DNA of 60,102 bases, from positions 1 through 60,102 of the forward strand of contig MHLP01000037.1 of assembly GCA_001821435.1 (NCBI GenBank). The letters are read 5' to 3'. A program made the position numbers and the translations under genes. Source of the stretch: Candidatus Lloydbacteria bacterium RIFCSPLOWO2_01_FULL_50_20. Its GTDB lineage: Bacteria; Patescibacteriota; Minisyncoccia; Phycocordibacterales; UBA6899. The notes under the pieces are model-generated. The model had not been told where the DNA came from and did not search any database. It saw nothing but the letters and a program-made list of their open reading frames with translations. Positions 53,758 through 60,102 of this stretch are shown in pieces. The number at the start of each line of letters is the position of its first letter. Within the stretch, counting starts at the first letter, position 1.

Positions 53758-54354
53758 AAATTGATTAGCATCAGAATTGCCCAAGCCCGCGCCAGAGGCG
53801 CGGGCTTGGGCTGGCATTTCCGCCAAGTCCCGCCAAGGCATTTTGAATTCCGCCAAAAGCATTCCCGCCGAAAGTCGGCGGTTCGAGCCGATGGAAACAA
53901 GAAAATCTCTCACCCGTGAGGGATTTTCTTGTTTAGGGGGATTTCCAGCTTGGTTGGCTTCAATAATCCAGTTTCGCATGAGTTCGAGCCAATGATTACC
54001 TTTGTGTTCAAAATCGCTCAATTTCTCTTCCAGTGTTCGTTTTTCCGCCGTCAGCGCGTTCTTGCGCTCCAAGTACTCGCCAAGTTCCAGTGCTTCGTTT
54101 AGATACGCGTTTGTGAGGCGAGAGAGACGCGCTGAAACGGCGGAAATACTGTCGCGGAGATTTTGAACGAAAAGGTCTGATGAGTGGCGGACATCGGCGT
54201 TTTCGCTTTCCAATTTCTTGAGATATGCGTCTCGCCACTCATCAGGCAAAGAAACTTTTTTGACCATTTCTTGCACTTGTCGTGTCAATTCTTCTTCCCG
54301 CAAAAAGCGAGTTTGCGAACATTTTTGAGTGCGGCTTTTGAAAGTACTGATCAT
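53746..54354 (-). pseudogene. C-terminal fragment of a large serine recombinase; catalytic N-terminus missing
   Basis: Starts inside the zinc-ribbon/coiled-coil region (KCSQTRFLREEELTRQVQEMV...coiled coil...). No resolvase domain upstream. The 3' end runs into the tRNA-Ala(GGC) 3' end. Confidence 0.55.
53779..53811. terminator. 15-bp perfect GC-rich hairpin 3' of tRNA-Ala(GGC)
   Basis: gcccaagcccgcgcc-aga-ggcgcgggcttgggc. Confidence 0.6.
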
Positions 54355-54369
54355 TTTTTTAATATCCTA

Positions 54370-54765
54370 AACCAGAAAGCGAGATTGAAGTTGCGTATCG
54401 AGGGGGACAAACAGTTTTTGGTTTATTATGAACGACCAAATTTCTCCAAGACCAAGAGCACAATGTCTAAAGTAAAGCTTTACGATGTCAAAAATGACAG
54501 GCTTCTCGATTTCTTGGGCGCAACCCTAGGTGTTAAAGCGGTTGTGAAGAAAAGAAGAGAGGTCTGGCGAAAAGCGAATACGATTTTTCATATTGATAAT
54601 GTGAAAGATGTAGGCGGCATTTTCGAGATAGAACTTCAAAAGAAGGGCAAAATTACCGCCTCGGACCAAAAGCAATTCAAGAATTACCAAAATAAGCTGC
54701 TCCCATATCTTGGCAAGGTGATAAGGGGGTCAAATGTTGATCTAGTTCCTTCAGGATCAAAGTGA
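54370..54765 (+). pseudogene. 5'-truncated CYTH/class IV adenylate cyclase (CyaB-like) fragment
   Basis: RLKLRIEGDKQFLVYYERP...VKKRREVWRKANTIFHIDNVKDVGGIFEIE matches the central and C-terminal CYTH strands. The N-terminal ExExK strand and a start codon are absent. Confidence 0.45.
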
Positions 54766-54864
54766 CCTGGTTCAAAATTCATGCGGATATACTCCACCAC
54801 ATAAAACTCAATAGCACATTTCGTTCTTTCGTTTAAGGCGTATAATGAAAAAGTGTTCAGTAGA

Positions 54865-55359
54865 ATGACCAGAGAAAATATCGAGTCGCTGTTTCGCAAC
54901 TTCGTGTTTGGGGTTGAGGACAGCCTTGTTTCCACCGTCGGACTGTTGTCGGGTGTTGCCGCGGCGGGGGAGCCGGTAAGGACGATCGTTCTCGCGGGTG
55001 TCGTTCTGATCTTTGTCGAAGCGTTTTCGATGGGCGTCGGAAGTCTCTTGTCGGACAATTCCACGAAAGAACTGAACAGCGCCGGAAATATTCCGCTTTC
55101 GCGTTCATACCTCGGAGGTATCACCATGTTCATCTCCTACTTTATCACCGGCTTCATTCCGCTCTCCCCGTATCTTTTCCTTGAACGCACGAGCGCTTTT
55201 GTTGTCTCTATTGTCATTTCGCTCATCGCCCTGCTTCTTTTGGGGATGTTCTCGGCCCGCCTTGCGCATATTTCCGTCGTCAAAAAAGGGATACAGATGC
55301 TCGTGCTCGGCGGCTCGGCGATCATGCTGGGTGTTATCGTCGGTGCTCTTATTAATTAG
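54865..55359 (+). CDS. VIT1/CCC1-family (DUF125) membrane transporter-like protein
   Basis: FGVEDSLVSTVGLLSGVA and EAFSMGVGS. About 5 TM helices. Confidence 0.7.
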   Translation: MTRENIESLFRNFVFGVEDSLVSTVGLLSGVAAAGEPVRTIVLAGVVLIFVEAFSMGVGSLLSDNSTKELNSAGNIPLSRSYLGGITMFISYFITGFIPLSPYLFLERTSAFVVSIVISLIALLLLGMFSARLAHISVVKKGIQMLVLGGSAIMLGVIVGALIN

Positions 55360-55391
55360 GCACATCAATGCTCGTTTGGTAACACAAGATC

Positions 55392-56156
55392 ATGTCTCAA
55401 TACTACAAACCCAATAGAAAGGAGGATTGGAATTACGGAGGAAAACGTTTTCGGTTGAGCCGCTCAAAGATCGACCTCTTCCTCAATTGCCCCCGTTGTT
55501 TTTATATCGATAACAAGCTGGGCGTTGCCCGTCCGCCCGGATACCCGTTCAACTTGAACAGCGCAGTCGACCATCTCCTGAAGAAAGAATTTGATATTCA
55601 TCGCGCGGGGAAAACCGCGCATCCCTTGATGGAACAATACGGCGTTGATGCCGTTCCTTTTGCGCACGAAGATATCGACATTTGGCGCGAGAATTTCAAG
55701 GGGCTTGAATATCATCATGAGCCGACCGGCCTCACCGTTTCGGGGGCTGTCGATGATGTGTGGATCAATCCGCATAAGGAGCTGATCGTCGTTGACTACA
55801 AATCGACAAGCAAGGATGAGGAGATCGTCGAACTCGAAGAGACTTGGCACGAAGGATACAAACGGCAGATGGAAGTTTATCAATGGCTCCTGCGCCGGAA
55901 TGGATTTTCCGTTTCTGATACCGGATATTTTGTCTATGCGAACGGCAAGAAAGACCGAAAGGCTTTTGACGGCAAATTGGAATTCGATGTGACGCTCATT
56001 TTGTACACCGGAAATGATTCCTGGGTAGAGCCGGCTTTGCGGGACATCAAGAAAACATTGGACGGCGCACTTCCGCTCGGAAGCGAGAGCTGTGATTATT
56101 GCCGCTATCGCGAGGCGGTCAAGGGACTTGGCGTTGAGAGCGAACTCTCGATGTAG
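55392..56156 (+). CDS. PD-(D/E)XK nuclease, Cas4/RecB-like with Cys cluster
   Basis: N-terminal CPRC, GAVDDVW...VVDYKST (D...D-x-K), QMEVYQW (QxxxY) and C-terminal CDYC. Confidence 0.7.
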   Translation: MSQYYKPNRKEDWNYGGKRFRLSRSKIDLFLNCPRCFYIDNKLGVARPPGYPFNLNSAVDHLLKKEFDIHRAGKTAHPLMEQYGVDAVPFAHEDIDIWRENFKGLEYHHEPTGLTVSGAVDDVWINPHKELIVVDYKSTSKDEEIVELEETWHEGYKRQMEVYQWLLRRNGFSVSDTGYFVYANGKKDRKAFDGKLEFDVTLILYTGNDSWVEPALRDIKKTLDGALPLGSESCDYCRYREAVKGLGVESELSM

Positions 56157-56199
56157 CGCTACTCGCTGTACTGAACCCAAGCTTTCAATACGGGGCCTG

Positions 56200-56238
56200 C
56201 CCTGTAGTAGACCGCTTCTCTCTAGGCTTACTACAGGG
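56200..56238 (+). terminator. 10-bp hairpin after the nuclease gene
   Basis: ccctgtagta-N19-tactacaggg. No clear T-run. Confidence 0.35.
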
Positions 56239-56297
56239 TTGACAGCTTTGCGGAAAAGGCAAAAGATGAATGCGGAGGCTGAATCAGGGGAATAGCA

Positions 56298-56942
56298 GTG
56301 AAACCGAAACAACTTGAGGCGGAGGATGGAGAAACATTTGATCCGTCGTCATACGCCGTTCAGTTCAAGGAGATCATCGAGCGGATAGATGCCCACGTTT
56401 TTTTGCCGCAGGAAGAAGCGATCGGCGCCGCGTTGATACCCGGTCGTTTTCCCGGGAACCGGAGTGCTGGTTACCATGCACAAGGGCTCGCTACGTACCG
56501 CGTCATACGCCCGACATTTCCCGCAACAAAAGAGCTTATTGGTAAAGATTACATAGAGGGCTACTTCGTCTGGGGAAAGGCGGTTGCAACGAGTGCGGAA
56601 GCAAAACTCCTCGGACGCGGAGCTTTGGGCACGAAGTGGAGCGATGCTGATTTTCGGAGGATGCTTAATGCATGTGCCATGGTTCTTGTGCGCCACAGAG
56701 TCCTACAGAATAAACAGTTCTTTCCGAATGCGAAATTACGTAGCGTGAAAAACGTCTATTGTGATGAGGCAATACCGTTAATTTACCGCAAAAAATTACA
56801 TCTCAAGAGGAACGAAATCTCAAGGGAAGTTTCAGCGGATCAGTTTCATCTGGATAGCTACTTGTTGCTTTTTCTCGTTTATATGGTTGAGAATGACGGA
56901 TATCCCATGGAGGATGCGCTCCATTATCTGACCAATACGTGA
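56298..56942 (+). CDS. Hypothetical protein (214 aa, GTG start)
   Basis: Long ORF ending just before a good terminator. No motif recognised. Confidence 0.5.
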   Translation: MKPKQLEAEDGETFDPSSYAVQFKEIIERIDAHVFLPQEEAIGAALIPGRFPGNRSAGYHAQGLATYRVIRPTFPATKELIGKDYIEGYFVWGKAVATSAEAKLLGRGALGTKWSDADFRRMLNACAMVLVRHRVLQNKQFFPNAKLRSVKNVYCDEAIPLIYRKKLHLKRNEISREVSADQFHLDSYLLLFLVYMVENDGYPMEDALHYLTNT

Positions 56943-56961
56943 AGAAACTTTTTGTCATAGA

Positions 56962-56993
56962 CCCGAGCCGAAAAAGGCTCGGGCTCTTTTTTT
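56962..56993 (+). terminator. Rho-independent terminator
   Basis: cccgagcc-gaaaaa-ggctcggg, then ctc and T7. Confidence 0.75.
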
Positions 56994-57010
56994 CATGTTA
57001 CAATCTTTTT

Positions 57011-60000
57011 ATGCCGACCTCTCCCGAATTCGAAAAACGTTATCGTGCGCTCAATGTCGCGCAGAAGAAGGCCGTTGATATGATCGACGGTCCGGTCATG
57101 GTCATTGCGGGTCCCGGGACGGGAAAAACGCAGATATTGACGCTCCGCATCGCCAACATTCTCTTAAAGACCGATACGAAACCCGAGAACATTCTCGCGC
57201 TTACGTACACGGAAAGCGGTGCGCACAACATGAAAAAGCGTCTTGGGGAGATGATAGGAAGCGCCGCATACAAAGTCACCATATCCACCTTTCATGGATT
57301 CGCGAACGAGCTGATCGCACGCTACCCGGAAAAATTTCCCAATATCATTGGCGGTATTCCTGCGACTGAAGTAGAGGAGATCACTATGGTCAAAAGCATT
57401 TTGGATGACGGGGACGCAAAAGCGCTCCGGCTTCCCGGCGATTCCTATTATTATGTTGATCCCGCGCTTCGGTCCATCCACACGCTGAAGCGCGAAGGTT
57501 TTTCACCGCAAGATTTCGATCAGTTGCTCGATAAAGAAGAAACCGCAATTATCAGTGCAACCGACCGTACCCATGAAAAGGGCGCATACAAAGGCAGGGT
57601 GAAAAAGGACTATATTGATGCGGAGAAGTCGCTGGAACGATCGCGCGCCCTATCCGAGCTCTATCACGAATATCAAAAACGCCTGCGGGAGATGAAGCGC
57701 TTTGATTACGAAGACATGATCCTCGAAACTGTCCGAGCAATGGAGACTGACCCCGACTTTTTGCTGATCCTTCAGGAGGAGTACCAATATCTTCTGGCTG
57801 ATGAGCACCAGGATACGAACAATGCACAGAATCGTATTCTTGAACTTCTTGCCTCGTTCCATTCAAGCCCCAATCTTTTTATTGTCGGCGACGAGAAGCA
57901 GGCGATCTATCGTTTTCAGGGCGCATCGCTTGCGAATTTTCTCTACTTCCAAGAGAAATATCCCGACGTTCTTTATATTGAACTCTCGGAGAATTACCGC
58001 TCGTCACAAACCATCCTGGATAGTGGACAAACGCTTATCGCGAAGGAGGCAAGCGACGCCGAAATGCGGCTGCGTATCCCGCTTGTCGCAAAGAGAGCGG
58101 GTGTCGAGATGCCGATCGTTATCGCTCATCTTCCTGCCCCGCGCGCTGAGCTTGAATATATTACCGGAGAGATCGTGCGGCATAGAACAGCGGGGGATAA
58201 ACTCGAAGAAATAGCAGTGCTCGCGCGTAAGAATTCCGATATTCGGGCGCTTGCGCTCGTTCTTGCGAAGCACGGCATCCTGTACCACATGCTTTCGGAG
58301 CAGGATGTGCTCGAAGATGAAGATGTGAAAAAACTTCTGAGGCTGTTGCGCGCAGTCGTTTACTTTGGGGACGACGAATTCCTTGTCGAGGCGATCGGAA
58401 GCGATTTTTTCCGGCTCGACCACTTGGATATCTGGAGAATGATCCGCTCGGCCGATACTGAAAAGATCTCAGTGCATGAGATCATGCAAAGCATTCCCAA
58501 GCTTGAGACTATCGGTATCTCCGACCCTGCATCACTTGCCAAGATCTATGAACAATTCCATCACTGGCATATCGGCATGAAAAACCGCCACGTACTCCCG
58601 CTTGTCGAGGATATCATCCGTGGATCAGGGCTGCTTGCGGAACTTCTCTCCAAACCCGAAGGAAGCGCACGGCTTGCCGCGATCGATCGTCTTTATGATG
58701 AGCTCCAGTCGCTTTCCGCGCGTGAGCCTGATTATTCCCTTACATCATTTCTGTCTCATCTGGAAACATTGCGCGAATACAAAAAGGGTCTTGAAACAAA
58801 GGCGGCGGAAGAACGTCCCGGCGTACGGCTCATGAGCGCGCATAAAGCGAAAGGGCTTGAGTTTGATCATGTCTATATCATGAATTGTTCCGAACGCGCT
58901 TGGGAGGGAAGGGGAAAGCGGACGCACTTCAGAACGCACCTGGTGAATAGCCCGCTCGAAGATACTCAGGACAGAAACGATGAACGGCGTCTCTTTTATG
59001 TTGCACTCACGCGTGCGAGGAAAACCGCAACGATCACGCTTTCTGAGACCGATCCGAGCGGAAAGGCCGCCATCGCCTCACGTTTCATCGCCGATATCGA
59101 CCCGGCGCTCTCCACGCATATTTCTCCGGAAATCGTTCTTTCCGAAGGCGGAAGATACGGCGAGCGGGTTTTGCTCGAGCCTAGGGCGCTCGACCGTGAG
59201 TTCATCCGCGCAAGATTTTTGGAGCAAGGACTGAATGCCACCGCGCTCAATAACTTTCTCGACTGTCATTGGAAGTATGTGCACCAGAATCTTCTTCGCG
59301 TGCCGGGTGCGCCGAACAAATACATGATCCTGGGAACAGCAGTTCATTCCGCGCTGCGATTATTCTTTGATGCGTGGCGTGGAGGAGAAAACGTGGACAT
59401 CGAAAAAGTGATCGACCGATTCACGTGGTCGCTTGATCGGCAGCCGCTCTCCCGTGCCGACCATCTTGCGATGCGGGAGAAAGGGGAAAAGGCCCTCCGG
59501 GGATACTTTGCATATTACAAAGGCTCGTGGCCGAGGACGATCAAAAATGAATATCGTATCGACGGCATTTTTCTCGACATTGACATCGACGGCTCCATTG
59601 TAGAGGTCCCGCTCAAGGGCTCGCTCGATAAGATCGAGATCGACGGTGATCGTGTGAACGTCATTGACTACAAGACCGGAAAAGTAAAATCGCGCAATGC
59701 GCTGCTCGGGAAGACCAAAGACGAAAATAAAGATTATCTCCGCCAGCTCATTTTTTATAAACTCCTTCTTTCGAAATTCGACCGGGATAAGTATGTGATG
59801 GAAACGGGAACGATAGAATTCGTCGAGCCGAACGAGAGCGGCAAGTATGTCCGAGAAACTTTTGCTATTACTGATCCCGAAGTGAAAGAAGTGGAGAAGC
59901 AAGCGCTCGAGGCGGCAAAGGCGATCTACGATCTCTCGTTTTGGGGAAAGCATTGCGAAAAGGAATCGTGTGAGCACTGCGACCTCTACGTCCCCCTTGC

Positions 60001-60016
60001 ATCCTCCGTATTCTAA
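57011..60016 (+). CDS. UvrD/PcrA/AddA-type SF1 helicase fused to a C-terminal PD-(D/E)XK nuclease with Cys cluster
   Basis: Helicase motifs AGPGTGKTQ, LLADEHQDTN, FIVGDEKQAIYRFQGA, ENYRSS, SAHKAKGLEFDHVYI and YVALTRARK. Nuclease: VIDYKTGK, RQLIFYKLL, plus Cys residues C...C-x4-C-x2-C. Start trimmed to ATG 57011, after the terminator. Confidence 0.85.
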   Translation: MPTSPEFEKRYRALNVAQKKAVDMIDGPVMVIAGPGTGKTQILTLRIANILLKTDTKPENILALTYTESGAHNMKKRLGEMIGSAAYKVTISTFHGFANELIARYPEKFPNIIGGIPATEVEEITMVKSILDDGDAKALRLPGDSYYYVDPALRSIHTLKREGFSPQDFDQLLDKEETAIISATDRTHEKGAYKGRVKKDYIDAEKSLERSRALSELYHEYQKRLREMKRFDYEDMILETVRAMETDPDFLLILQEEYQYLLADEHQDTNNAQNRILELLASFHSSPNLFIVGDEKQAIYRFQGASLANFLYFQEKYPDVLYIELSENYRSSQTILDSGQTLIAKEASDAEMRLRIPLVAKRAGVEMPIVIAHLPAPRAELEYITGEIVRHRTAGDKLEEIAVLARKNSDIRALALVLAKHGILYHMLSEQDVLEDEDVKKLLRLLRAVVYFGDDEFLVEAIGSDFFRLDHLDIWRMIRSADTEKISVHEIMQSIPKLETIGISDPASLAKIYEQFHHWHIGMKNRHVLPLVEDIIRGSGLLAELLSKPEGSARLAAIDRLYDELQSLSAREPDYSLTSFLSHLETLREYKKGLETKAAEERPGVRLMSAHKAKGLEFDHVYIMNCSERAWEGRGKRTHFRTHLVNSPLEDTQDRNDERRLFYVALTRARKTATITLSETDPSGKAAIASRFIADIDPALSTHISPEIVLSEGGRYGERVLLEPRALDREFIRARFLEQGLNATALNNFLDCHWKYVHQNLLRVPGAPNKYMILGTAVHSALRLFFDAWRGGENVDIEKVIDRFTWSLDRQPLSRADHLAMREKGEKALRGYFAYYKGSWPRTIKNEYRIDGIFLDIDIDGSIVEVPLKGSLDKIEIDGDRVNVIDYKTGKVKSRNALLGKTKDENKDYLRQLIFYKLLLSKFDRDKYVMETGTIEFVEPNESGKYVRETFAITDPEVKEVEKQALEAAKAIYDLSFWGKHCEKESCEHCDLYVPLASSVF

Positions 60017-60102
60017 TCAATAGCCTGGAATCACTTTTGTTAATAATTCTTGTGGCGCGCGCAGGGAAATTCCCAAATGAAGCCGTTTTGTGTTGTAGTA
60101 CG

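Overview
This 60.1-kb window is densely coding and the standard genetic code fits. The gene content looks like a small-genome uncultivated bacterium of the Patescibacteria/CPR type. That placement is my inference from content, not a search result: giant secreted surface proteins, a SWIB-domain protein, archaeal-type alpha-glucan genes and many short membrane or secreted hypotheticals.

Gene order:
- 93-2803: queF-like gene, then the lexA-dinB SOS pair.
- 2837-8448: a 1226-aa beta-helix/lipase surface protein and an S8 protease.
- 8536-11897: receiver protein, nrdR, a P-loop ATPase-CYTH fusion and a pyrE-like gene.
- 12210-16784: a 1524-aa surface protein.
- 16940-22608: a beta-glycan module (GH1, EamA, GH-A hydrolase, GT2 synthase, PEGA).
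- 23128-23844: SLT transglycosylase.
- 26876-33811: an alpha-glucan/glycolysis cluster (GT4, GH57, GH15, pgi, ROK kinase).
- 33880-37264: folA/thyX-like pair and an interrupted tgt.
- 37691-43601: uvrB, a two-component pair and pyrD.
- 44339-49754: uvrA-uvrC, ddl and the SWIB protein.
- 50096-54765: a 4-kb tRNA-Ala hotspot with decayed mobile-element remnants.
- 54865-60016: VIT transporter, a Cas4-like nuclease, an unknown gene and a UvrD-type helicase-nuclease fusion.

I found no CRISPR array, rRNA gene or intact transposase/integrase. The unusual signals are at the nucleic-acid level:
1. uvrB and uvrA are each preceded by a near-leaderless uORF. It starts as a diverged copy of the gene's own N-terminus, runs through a hairpin conserved between the two loci, and stops overlapping the real start codon.
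2. A complete CCA-ended tRNA-Ala(CGC) sits inside a 12-bp inverted-repeat-bounded insert in the anticodon region of another tRNA gene.
3. tRNA-Ala(UGC) is followed by a 171-nt insert and a 19-nt copy of its own 3' end.
4. Several long palindromic, MITE-like elements abut start or stop codons.
5. tgt is split at a C7 run and a perfect 14-bp hairpin.

All functional calls come from motif recognition by eye. No database search was run.
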